Shown here in pieces: positions 1-8,224 of a DNA stretch of 64,000 bases. Under the pieces are notes generated by a model that had not been told where the DNA came from, did no database searches, and worked only from the letters and a program-made list of their open reading frames with translations. Position 1 is the first letter of the stretch, and every line of letters starts with the position of its first letter. Source of the DNA: Gemmatimonadota bacterium (GTDB lineage: Bacteria; JAAXHH01); the NCBI GenBank assembly GCA_009841265.1, contig VXMB01000009.1:1725235-1789234 (forward strand), given 5' to 3'. Made by a program: the position numbers and the translations under genes.

Positions 1-244
1 CCTGGTCTTCCAGATTGTACTTCGACAGGGACAGGGCATTGGCCCCGAAAGTATTGGTTTCGATCAACCCGGCACCCGCGTCCACGTATTCCTCGTGGAT
101 CTTGCGGATCAGATCGGGCCGGCTCAGGTTGATCTCATCGAAACAGACTTCCATGGGCACGCCGCGGGCGTACAGCATGGTTCCGATGGCGCCGTCCGCC
201 ACCAGCAGGGAGGACTGGAGATGGTCGAGGAGGGATGTGTTCAT
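1..244 (-). CDS. Homocysteine S-methyltransferase family protein, N-terminus only (YitJ/MetH-like; runs off window)
   Basis: Not in ORF track. Manual translation from ATG 244: MNTSLLDHLQSSLLVADGAIGTMLYARG...IHEEYVDAGAGLIETNTFGAN; DGAxGT and IETNTFGAN are Hcy-binding domain motifs. Confidence 0.85.
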   Translation of the reverse strand, partial: MNTSLLDHLQSSLLVADGAIGTMLYARGVPMEVCFDEINLSRPDLIRKIHEEYVDAGAGLIETNTFGANALSLSKYNLEDQ

Positions 245-272
245 GGGAGGGAATCCGTTGTCGCCGCACCGT

Positions 273-366
273 GGCCGTCGGGCAGAAGCGCCGCGCTCGG
301 GCCGCCGTTCGGAAACACCGCACGCGGGCCGTCGGGCAGAAGCGCCGCACACGGGCCGCCGTTCGG
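273..366. repeat. Two-copy 40-bp direct repeat (273-312, 327-366), intergenic
   Basis: ggccgtcgggcagaagcgccgc(g/a)c(t/a)cgggccgccgttcgg twice, 2 mismatches, 54-bp period. Confidence 0.85.
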
Positions 367-386
367 CACGTATCGACGCGCCTGGT

Positions 387-1295
387 TCAATGGCCGTTGT
401 TCAACGCGTATCGACGGATCGCCCAGGCAAAGCCGTTCTCGTGGTTCGGCGGGGCGATGAACAGGCCCTGCGCCCGGCCCGCATCCTTGACCGCGTCCTG
501 GGCGTTTTCCATGATTACGCCCAGACCCGCGTTGAACAGCATGGGCAGGTCGTTGTCGCCGTCCCCGACGGCCATCACGTGATCCATGGATATCCCGTGC
601 TCGCGCGCGACGAACTCGACGGCGACCTTCTTGTTGACGTCGGCGTGCATGGCTTCGATCCGGTCCGGATTCGTCTTGACGAGATAGAGGCGGGAGGCGA
701 AACGGGTCTTCAACTCCGCCAGGACCGCCTCGCGCCGGTCCAGGCCGGGCAGGATCAGCATCTTGGGCGGCGGGGGATAGTCGCCCCGTCTCAGTCTCGC
801 CATAAGGTCGTCGTCCCGGTCGACGGCGGCGCGGCTTTGTTCCTCGATGGATGCGATGGAAGGGGTGTATTCGTTGGTGATCACGCTGTCCAGGGGGCCG
901 CTTTCCGTCACACGCAGCCAGCTGTATACGAAATTGAATCCGTTTTCCTCGATGAAATCCAGCAGGTCCAGGAAGACGTCTCGTTGAATGCGCTTTTCGA
1001 AGAGCAAGGGCCTCTGCCCCTGCCGGACCGGCCCGAGAATGATGCCGCCGTTGTTGGCGATGACGTAAAGCCGGTCGAACAACTGCCGAGCATCGCTGAA
1101 AGGCTCGCAGCTGCGGTCGATGTTGCGACCGCTCACGGAGCTCACGACCAGTCCCTGTTCGAGGGCGGCTTCGATGGCGTGCAGCCCCTCGGAGGAGGGT
1201 TTCCCGTTGGGCAACAGCGCCGTGTCGTCCTGGTCGAAGGCGATCAGCTTGATTACGGGGGTTTCGTCGCTGGCTTTCGGTACTTCCGCGATCAT
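387..1295 (-). CDS. Cof-type HAD-IIB hydrolase (sugar phosphatase-like)
   Basis: AFDQDDT motif I variant, SVSGR, NKKVAV, VGDGDNDLPM motif IV, GVIMENA. Confidence 0.85.
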   Translation of the reverse strand: MIAEVPKASDETPVIKLIAFDQDDTALLPNGKPSSEGLHAIEAALEQGLVVSSVSGRNIDRSCEPFSDARQLFDRLYVIANNGGIILGPVRQGQRPLLFEKRIQRDVFLDLLDFIEENGFNFVYSWLRVTESGPLDSVITNEYTPSIASIEEQSRAAVDRDDDLMARLRRGDYPPPPKMLILPGLDRREAVLAELKTRFASRLYLVKTNPDRIEAMHADVNKKVAVEFVAREHGISMDHVMAVGDGDNDLPMLFNAGLGVIMENAQDAVKDAGRAQGLFIAPPNHENGFAWAIRRYALNNGH

Positions 1296-1314
1296 GGCGT
1301 TCCTTTCCGAACCC

Positions 1315-3030
1315 TCAGGTTTCTGCTTCGCTATCCTTCAGTCGCTTTCCAATGCTGCCTCCGGGATGGTACCGGGCGAAGTCCTCGCGGGTAAATCCGC
1401 GGCCGGCCTTCAGCGCCATGGCAAGCCCGTCGGCCGCGGCGAGCTGGCAGGACGTGCTCGCCGTCGGCGCGAGGCCGAGGGGACCGGCCTCACTCGCCAC
1501 GGGCACGTGCAGGATCGCCGCGCTCGACCGGGCTAGACTGGATGAAGGATCCCCCGTGATCGCGATGATCGTCGCGCCGTTTGCGGTGAGGGTTTGCACG
1601 GCGGCCATCAGTTCCGCTGTCTCCCCGCTGTGGGAAAGAGCGATGGCCACGTCCCCTTGCGCAACCTGGCCGCTGTCTCCGTGATTGCAGTCGGCCGGAT
1701 CGAGGAAATACGCCTTCGTGCCGGTACTCTGCAGCGTGGCCGCCAGCTTGCGGCCGATATGACGGGACTTCCCCACGCCGGTGACGTGTACGCGCCCCCC
1801 GGCGGCTTCTGCCTTTCGAATGATTGCGATGGCTTCGTCGAAGTAGGTGTTGGACATGCCTTCATGCAACGTGGAAAGCGCTTCGGCAGTCCGCTGTACG
1901 GCCTTCAGTCCGGCCGCACCGGGGGTCGCTGTGCCGGGGGTCGCCGCGGCCGACGCTGTCTCGGTGGAATCGGGTATCTCGGCTTTCACCGTTGCCGTTT
2001 CCGAGGCGGCCACGGTTTCGGGCGCGTTCCGGACAGGGATCGGAGCGCCTTCGTACAGGGCCATCACGTCTTCCCGGCTCGATCCCAGCTGCGGGAAAGC
2101 CCCTGGGATGCGGCAACACACGGCGCCGCAGGCGTTGGCGAGCGATGCGGTATCCCGTAAAGAAAGCCCGTGGAAAAGTCCCGCGATCAGTCCGCCCAGG
2201 AAGGCATCCCCGGCGCCGGTGGTGTCCCGGGCTTCCACGGGTTTCGCAGGCGCACGGACCGTCTGCTTCCCGTCGGTGACGACCGAGCCCTGCGCTCCTT
2301 CGGTGATGGCCACCAGGCGGGCGCCGTACCGGTTGAAAATACCCTCGGCCCGTTCTTCGGAAGTGTCGGCTTCCACCATCTGCAATGCGGCGGCTTTTGC
2401 GGGTTTCACGACGTCGGCGAGACTCAGGGCTTCCTCGAAATCTTCGGCCGAACCGAGTCCGGCCACTTCGATGGCGAAATCCGGGGGGACATCCACGTCC
2501 AGCACGGTGGGCACGCCGGCCTCGCGGGCGATCCGCAGCACGGCGATGACGGCATCCAGCGGTAGTTGGGAGATCTCTGTCGTCACCATGGCAGCCGACC
2601 GAATGTAGTCGGCGAAATGCGTCTCCACGTGCGTGGCCGTGGTCTCCGCCGTCAGGGCACGGGCCATGTAGATTGCCCGGTCCGCGTCTTCGGCCACGTT
2701 CACCACCGAAAAGCCCGATGCGCGTCCTTCGACGACCCGAATGGCCGACCGGTCGATGCCGTGGCGGTCCATCTCGTCCCGGATCATCGCGCCGTACCGG
2801 TCATCTCCCTGAAATCCGAACAGCCCGGCGGGAACCCCCATCTGGGCCGTCCAGGCCAGGTGATTCAGCGTCACCCCGCCCGCGATCTCGGTGACGACCG
2901 ATCCCGATTCATCCGGCAGGATATAGGTTTTCTCCTCCGGACCCGCGATCCGGTTCACCCGGTAGATCACGTCCACGACGTTGCTTCCGATACCCACTAC
3001 CCTGCGGGTCCGGTCGATCTCCTGGATCAC
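1315..3030 (-). CDS. Fusion: PfkB/ribokinase-family kinase + KdsD/GutQ-like SIS sugar-phosphate isomerase (no CBS domains)
   Basis: N-domain has DTTGAGDAF PfkB signature; C-domain TGVGKSRHIGRKLAATLQSTG, HGD, SHSGET, LAPTAST, HPGGSIGKRL match arabinose-5-phosphate isomerases. Confidence 0.88.
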   Translation of the reverse strand: MIQEIDRTRRVVGIGSNVVDVIYRVNRIAGPEEKTYILPDESGSVVTEIAGGVTLNHLAWTAQMGVPAGLFGFQGDDRYGAMIRDEMDRHGIDRSAIRVVEGRASGFSVVNVAEDADRAIYMARALTAETTATHVETHFADYIRSAAMVTTEISQLPLDAVIAVLRIAREAGVPTVLDVDVPPDFAIEVAGLGSAEDFEEALSLADVVKPAKAAALQMVEADTSEERAEGIFNRYGARLVAITEGAQGSVVTDGKQTVRAPAKPVEARDTTGAGDAFLGGLIAGLFHGLSLRDTASLANACGAVCCRIPGAFPQLGSSREDVMALYEGAPIPVRNAPETVAASETATVKAEIPDSTETASAAATPGTATPGAAGLKAVQRTAEALSTLHEGMSNTYFDEAIAIIRKAEAAGGRVHVTGVGKSRHIGRKLAATLQSTGTKAYFLDPADCNHGDSGQVAQGDVAIALSHSGETAELMAAVQTLTANGATIIAITGDPSSSLARSSAAILHVPVASEAGPLGLAPTASTSCQLAAADGLAMALKAGRGFTREDFARYHPGGSIGKRLKDSEAET

Positions 3031-3109
3031 GAAATACCACCTTCTTGGGAATCACTCGAGCGGCCGGTATCTCAGTGGCCGGTACCTCTTAACACGCGTA
3101 ATTTTATAT

Positions 3110-3137
3110 TGTCAACATTGATTAAAATAAGAATCAA
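3110..3137 (-). promoter_or_regulatory. Perfect -35 hexamer (TTGACA, 3115-3110) with adjacent inverted repeat TTGATT-N8-AATCAA (3118-3137) upstream of kinase-isomerase operon
   Basis: Read directly in an AT-rich intergenic stretch; no convincing -10 at 17 bp. Confidence 0.4.
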
Positions 3138-3200
3138 CATATATTTTTGTGATGGACATGCCTGCGCTATGGGCAAGCTTACGTTATGGACGTGCTTTAA

Positions 3201-3728
3201 TTATTTGCGGTCTAAAAAATCGAGATACAAACGACTGGGTTGAATGCCCGTGTTGTTCTGGTACTTCCCACTTTCATAGGTCTCGAAATCGCCATCCAGC
3301 GTGTGATAGTAAACCTGGCAGATTTCCACGTTCGGATAGATCCTGATGGGCCGGACACAGAACATCTCCAAAGTCCAGTAGCCGGCAAATCCCACATCGC
3401 CGAAACCCGCGGTTACGTGTACAAATAGCCCCAATCTACCCACGGATGACCGCCCCTCGAGCATGGGAACGTACTTGTCCGTCCTGGTAAACTCCGCTGT
3501 CCTGCCAAGATAAAGCGTATGAGGGCGCAACTCGTACCCATCGTCCGGAATCTGAATGGATCGCGTGCGGTGTTGCTTCTTCATATCGAGCACGTCATCC
3601 TCGTATAACATGAGTTCATCGGCGAGCGAGAGATTGTAGCTATTCGGATTGAGCCTGGCAGGATCAAATGGTTCGATAAAAATGTCTTTTCCAATACGCT
3701 CGTGAATCATTTTTCCCGACAGGATCAC
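3201..3728 (-). CDS. dcd: dCTP deaminase
   Basis: LNPNSYNL, EGRSSVGRLGL, TAGFGDVGFAGYWTLE, GKYQ motifs. Confidence 0.92.
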   Translation of the reverse strand: MILSGKMIHERIGKDIFIEPFDPARLNPNSYNLSLADELMLYEDDVLDMKKQHRTRSIQIPDDGYELRPHTLYLGRTAEFTRTDKYVPMLEGRSSVGRLGLFVHVTAGFGDVGFAGYWTLEMFCVRPIRIYPNVEICQVYYHTLDGDFETYESGKYQNNTGIQPSRLYLDFLDRK

Positions 3729-3758
3729 TACAATAGTCCTTTTTGGTTGTGGGTTGTC

Positions 3759-4640
3759 TCAGCCGCTGTTTACGAGTACGACCGCGACCAGGGTCAGGCC
3801 GATGCCGACGTAGGCCAGCCCGCGCACCTGCTCTTTCCAGTACAATATAGCCACGAGCGTAGTGATGACAAGGCCGACCGCGCTGACGAAGGGAAAGACG
3901 ACCGTGCCGGGGAGGTACTTGAGCGTGAGGACCAGGAGCCAGGTCCCCGAGACGTTGACCGCGCCAAGGAGGACGCTCCACCGCAACTCGGGCATGCGTG
4001 CCTGTATCGGTTTAGTCCAGAAGTAGAAGAACCCCATGATTCCGGATACGGCAAAGAGGGAAAAGAGGTAGAGCGGCATCTGGCTCTGGGGCGCGAGTTC
4101 GCTGAAGACCTTCGGGGACAGGTGGCAGAATCCGGTCGTGATGAAGAGGGCGCCGACCAGCCAGGCGACGCCGCGCAGGGACAACTCGGCCTGTCTGCCC
4201 ACGCCGAGCGTCAGAAGCGGCAGGGCGATGCAGACCGTTATGATGCCCGCGATTTGCGCCAGGTTGGGGACCTCGTACCATATGACGATGGAACAGAGGA
4301 TGGGGATGAGGACGGACAGGCGGACGATGGCCAGGGTCACGGCCACCCCGCCCTGCAGGAGCGCCTGGATCAGAAAGCGGAAGGCGACGAAATAGAAGAA
4401 TCCGCTGGCCGCGCCGATCCACACGGTAGTCCAGTGCCAGACCCAGCCCGGGTCCGCGAGCATCAGCAGGCCGGAGATCACGGCGCCGGCGCCGTAATTG
4501 AGGCTGCCCACCGCCAGGGCATTGTGTCCGTTGTGGTGGGCGGACTTCAGGATCAGGCCGAAGCACGACGTCACGACGGTCGCCGTGATCAGCAGAAGGA
4601 GTCCGAGCGCCGTAGTCTGTTCTCCGTCCTTAGATAGCAA
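3759..4640 (-). CDS. DMT/EamA-family transporter
   Basis: About 10 hydrophobic helices in two EamA-like repeats; start uncertain. Confidence 0.75.
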   Translation of the reverse strand: MLSKDGEQTTALGLLLLITATVVTSCFGLILKSAHHNGHNALAVGSLNYGAGAVISGLLMLADPGWVWHWTTVWIGAASGFFYFVAFRFLIQALLQGGVAVTLAIVRLSVLIPILCSIVIWYEVPNLAQIAGIITVCIALPLLTLGVGRQAELSLRGVAWLVGALFITTGFCHLSPKVFSELAPQSQMPLYLFSLFAVSGIMGFFYFWTKPIQARMPELRWSVLLGAVNVSGTWLLVLTLKYLPGTVVFPFVSAVGLVITTLVAILYWKEQVRGLAYVGIGLTLVAVVLVNSG

Positions 4641-4714
4641 GAAGCCGGCGAACGTGTACCTCCTCGCCGGCTTCCAGATTCATGATCGCCGTGGGTTCCG
4701 CTCGAAGGTGCCGC

Positions 4715-5362
4715 TTAAGGCGTGAAGGCGAAAGTTCCCACGTAGGCGCTGCGCTTGTTCGGAATGCTCCACGTCGCGATCAGGTCCGAACCGCTGTACG
4801 CGTGAGCGGCGGTCTGGACCAGCGCGGCTGATGCGTCTTTCGTGAAGGGATCGTACCAGACCATGCGGTCGCAGTTGGGCTCGTGATCCGTCGCCAGCAT
4901 GGTCCTGGTGGCCACGCGCACCTGGCCGTCCACCGTAACGGTGTAGGCGTCCCTGCCGTCGTGGCGGAAGGAGATGTCCGTGGGCTTTACCGTCTTAACG
5001 GTGCCGAACAGCTCGCCGTACCGGGCGGTGAATGCGCTCTTCAGGTCCTGGCGCTGGACCGGCGTGGCCCGGCTGTCGATCAACAGCACGGTCTCGCGGG
5101 CGTGATGACCGAGTTGCAGGTTGCCCTTGCCGAGAATGACGGCGACGACGGACAGATCGGCCAGCGCGCCTTCACGGATGTGCCAGGCCACCACGGCCTG
5201 GTTGGCATCGCCACCCGCTTCCGCCGAGTAGGTACAGCCGCCGCCCAGGATGTGGTTGGAGCGGACCTCCACGTAATCGCCGGCAATGGACGGTGAGCCG
5301 GCCAGGGCCGGAGACGCCGCGAGGACGATCGCGGCCATGAGTGCGAAACCGGTCTTCATCAT
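4715..5362 (-). CDS. DUF1326-like exported protein
   Basis: Signal peptide (ALA|GS), GDYVEVRS...C...AVVAWHI pattern and LIDSRATPVQR typical of DUF1326. Confidence 0.6.
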   Translation of the reverse strand: MMKTGFALMAAIVLAASPALAGSPSIAGDYVEVRSNHILGGGCTYSAEAGGDANQAVVAWHIREGALADLSVVAVILGKGNLQLGHHARETVLLIDSRATPVQRQDLKSAFTARYGELFGTVKTVKPTDISFRHDGRDAYTVTVDGQVRVATRTMLATDHEPNCDRMVWYDPFTKDASAALVQTAAHAYSGSDLIATWSIPNKRSAYVGTFAFTP

Positions 5363-5612
5363 AGTGCCTCCCTGTTATGCGTTGCTGGAACTCTGGTTTG
5401 GGGGTCAGCGCATCCGGCCACGCCGTTCGTGACGAGGACTGCGGCTTCGCAGGCTCAAAACGGACCGCTGCTTCGATCTCGGGTCAATATCGTTTGGGCG
5501 CAAAAAAGTAACGCGGTATATTCTACCGTACCGGAAACATCGCAGTATATTCAATATATGTGCTCACCGCCCATTAAGTCAATCGCTAATCGAATCGATC
5601 GAGGAAACGAAT

Positions 5613-6554
5613 ATGGAATACAGAGCGCTCGGTGAATCGGGACTCACGGTATCGGCCATCGGCATGGGTTGCTGGCCCATGGCCGGCGTCGGGTGGACCG
5701 GAATCGACGACAACGCGTCCCTGGCGGCGCTCGAGGCGGCCATGGACGGCGGCATCACCCTCATCGACACCGCCTACATGTACGGACGCAGCGGCGAATC
5801 GGAACGGCTGGTGGGACGGGCCATCGCGGGCAGGCGCGACCGGATCGTCCTGGCGACGAAATGCGGCCTGTACTGGGACGGCACGACGCTGCTTCGCGAC
5901 AGTTCGCGGAAGCGTGTCCTTGATCAGGTCGAAGAGAGCCTCCGCAGGCTGAATACCGACTACATCGACCTGTACCAGGTGCACGCGCCCGACGAGAACA
6001 CGCCCTTCGAGGAGACGGCCGCCACGCTCGCCGAACTGAAGGAGCAGGGCAAGATCCGCGCCATCGGCGTGAGCAATTACGACGTAGCGCAGATGAGGGA
6101 GTTCGCCCGCCACGCGCCGCTCCACTCGGACCAGCCGCCGTACAACCTGCTCAAGCGGGACATCGAGGCGGAGATCCTGCCCTACTGCCGCGACAACAAC
6201 ATCGCCGTGATCTCCTACTGGCCGCTGTACAAGGGGCTGCTGACCGGGAAATACGGACGAGGCCACCAATTTCCCGAAGGCGATAACCGCAGCGAGGACG
6301 TCCGGTTCCAGGGGAAGGAACTCGAACGCACCCTCGACATGCTCGACCTGCTGAAGCCGATCGCGGACGAATACGGCAAGTCCATCGCCCAGCTCGTGAT
6401 CCACTGGACGGCCCGGCAGCCGGGCATCACGTCGGTCCTTTGCGGCGCGACGCGGCCGGCCCAGGTTGAACAGAACATCGAAGCGGTGGGTTGGGAGCTG
6501 TCCGAAGATCACCGCGCGCAGGTCGACGGGATCGTTGCCGGCATGAGTGATTAG
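5613..6554 (+). CDS. Aldo/keto reductase
   Basis: IGMGCW, IDTAYMYG, LATKCG, SLRRLNTDYIDLYQVH, IGVSN motifs. Confidence 0.93.
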   Translation: MEYRALGESGLTVSAIGMGCWPMAGVGWTGIDDNASLAALEAAMDGGITLIDTAYMYGRSGESERLVGRAIAGRRDRIVLATKCGLYWDGTTLLRDSSRKRVLDQVEESLRRLNTDYIDLYQVHAPDENTPFEETAATLAELKEQGKIRAIGVSNYDVAQMREFARHAPLHSDQPPYNLLKRDIEAEILPYCRDNNIAVISYWPLYKGLLTGKYGRGHQFPEGDNRSEDVRFQGKELERTLDMLDLLKPIADEYGKSIAQLVIHWTARQPGITSVLCGATRPAQVEQNIEAVGWELSEDHRAQVDGIVAGMSD

Positions 6555-6583
6555 GTCGGGATCGGGCGGGCGCGCGGGCGTCC

Positions 6584-7012
6584 CTAGTTGGCCAGCGCGC
6601 CGTCGGCGATCGAGCGGATCTTCTTGACCATGGACCGGAAGCCGTTGCTCCGGCTCGGGCTGAGGTGGGACGCCAGGTCCAGCCGGCTGAAGATGCCCTC
6701 GATGTCGGCGTCCAGGATCTGGCGAGGCGTCTTCCCTGAATAGACCATGAGCAGGATGGCCACGAGGCCGCGGACGATGTGGGCGTCGCTGTCGGCGTCG
6801 AAGCTGATGGTCGGCGGCAGGGTCTCGGCCACATGGGGAACGAGCCAGACCTGGCTCACGCAACCCTTGACCTTGTACGCATCGGTCTTGTAGGCATCGT
6901 CAAGGGGCGGGAGCTTCTTGCCGAGGTCGATGATTTCCTGGTAACGCTCTTCCCAGTCATCCAGGTATTCGAAGTCTTCCAGCACTTCTTCTATGGTCGT
7001 GTCCATCGTCAC
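6584..7012 (-). CDS. sufE: SufE family Fe-S metabolism protein
   Basis: DWEERYQEIIDLG, VKGCVSQVWL, ADSDAHIVRGL, LSPSRSNGF. Confidence 0.9.
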   Translation of the reverse strand: MTMDTTIEEVLEDFEYLDDWEERYQEIIDLGKKLPPLDDAYKTDAYKVKGCVSQVWLVPHVAETLPPTISFDADSDAHIVRGLVAILLMVYSGKTPRQILDADIEGIFSRLDLASHLSPSRSNGFRSMVKKIRSIADGALAN

Positions 7013-7030
7013 GATCGTACGTCCTCCACT

Positions 7031-7609
7031 TCAGTTCGCCCCGATCAACAGCACGGCCGATACGCCGGCGGCCGCTCCCGATACGAAGAGGTTCCACTGC
7101 CGATGCGGCGTTCCCAGGATCCGCAGGATCACGAAGGCCACGGCCGCGAAGAGCGCCACGATCATCAACTGGCCCAGTTCCAGCCCTATATTGAAGGACA
7201 GGAGCGGCACGACGATCGATTCCTCCATGCCGAGCAGCGCCCTCAGGTAGTTCGAGAAACCCAGGCCGTGGATCAGGCCGAAGAAGAGGGCCAGTCCGTA
7301 GCTCGTCTTCCGGCCGATTTTCCCCTCGAACGGCCGGTACACGTTCATCAGGCAGGTCGCCAGGATCGTCACCGGAATGAGCGTCTCGACCAGATCCGTC
7401 GGGACCAGGATGAGGCGGAGCGTAGCCAGCGCCAGGGTGACCGAGTGCCCGACCGTGAAGGCCGTGACCAGCAGGAGCACCGAACGCCACCGGTTCAGCG
7501 GATAGGCGGCGCAGAGCGCGATGATGAAGACGATATGGTCGTAGGCGTTCAGGTCCGAAATATGGTCGAAACCGAGTTGCAGATATACCTGGAATTCGGA
7601 CATCGTCAT
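7031..7609 (-). CDS. HupE/UreJ family membrane protein
   Basis: LGFDHI, YDHIVF, TAFTVGHSVTL, FGLIHGLGF, FNIGLELGQL. Confidence 0.88.
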   Translation of the reverse strand: MTMSEFQVYLQLGFDHISDLNAYDHIVFIIALCAAYPLNRWRSVLLLVTAFTVGHSVTLALATLRLILVPTDLVETLIPVTILATCLMNVYRPFEGKIGRKTSYGLALFFGLIHGLGFSNYLRALLGMEESIVVPLLSFNIGLELGQLMIVALFAAVAFVILRILGTPHRQWNLFVSGAAAGVSAVLLIGAN

Positions 7610-8223
7610 GCCCCGAAACGAACCGTCCCCGTGACGGTTTTCTTGCTCAGGTTGACGTATTTCTTCTCGCCGCCGATTTCGAACCGCATCACGTTGGCCT
7701 GCGTGTCGAACATTTCGATCAGGATCCTGTTCTCGACCTCGATCGTCTCCACGCGGTCCACACCCGTAATCTGCACCAGGCAGGCCGTGGCGTCAAGTGC
7801 GTCCTCTATGCCGGCGTAGGTCAATTGCCGGTCTACGCCGTTGACTCGAAAGGCCAGCCGGGAGGCCAGATACTCGGCAACGTGCCGGTCTCGGTCGGCG
7901 TGGGCCTGGTCGGTCCAGAGCCTGAGCCGGGGGCCGCCCTTCGCCACGATGGCCTCTTCCAGGTCGTCCGTGAAGATCCGCACGGATATGTCGAGACGCG
8001 CATCGTCCGCGTTCCACTTGACCCGCGCTATGCTCACGTAGAACACGTGGGCTGGTGCCGCGGCGGAACTCGGGACAGCGGCAGGAGCCGCGGCCGGAAC
8101 CGCAGCCGGACTTGGTCCCGCGGCCGGAACCGCAGCCGGACCCGGACCCGCGGCCGGACCCGGGAAGGATGCGGCAAGGAACAACAGGCAAAGCAGGACC
8201 CCGAGCGTCTTCATCGCCACCAT
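7606..8223 (-). CDS. DUF6702-like exported protein with Pro/Ala repeat linker
   Basis: Signal peptide; HVFYVS...RIFTDDLE...Q.N pattern; 4-bp overlap with HupE/UreJ gene. Confidence 0.65.
   Translation of the reverse strand: MVAMKTLGVLLCLLFLAASFPGPAAGPGPAAVPAAGPSPAAVPAAAPAAVPSSAAAPAHVFYVSIARVKWNADDARLDISVRIFTDDLEEAIVAKGGPRLRLWTDQAHADRDRHVAEYLASRLAFRVNGVDRQLTYAGIEDALDATACLVQITGVDRVETIEVENRILIEMFDTQANVMRFEIGGEKKYVNLSKKTVTGTVRFGA
8088..8160. repeat. 30-bp-period coding repeat (AAGP/AVPAAGP linker)
   Basis: ccgcggccggaaccgcagccggac at 8088 and 8118 plus partial third copy. Confidence 0.8.
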
Positions 8224-8224
8224 C

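Noticed and set aside
15-1394. 459-aa plus-strand ORF
   Set aside because: Overlaps two well-supported minus-strand genes; translates the intergenic repeat; no motifs.
3201-3728. dcd as a horizontally acquired gene because it looks AT-richer
   Set aside because: Modest shift in a short conserved housekeeping gene, with no mobility signals.
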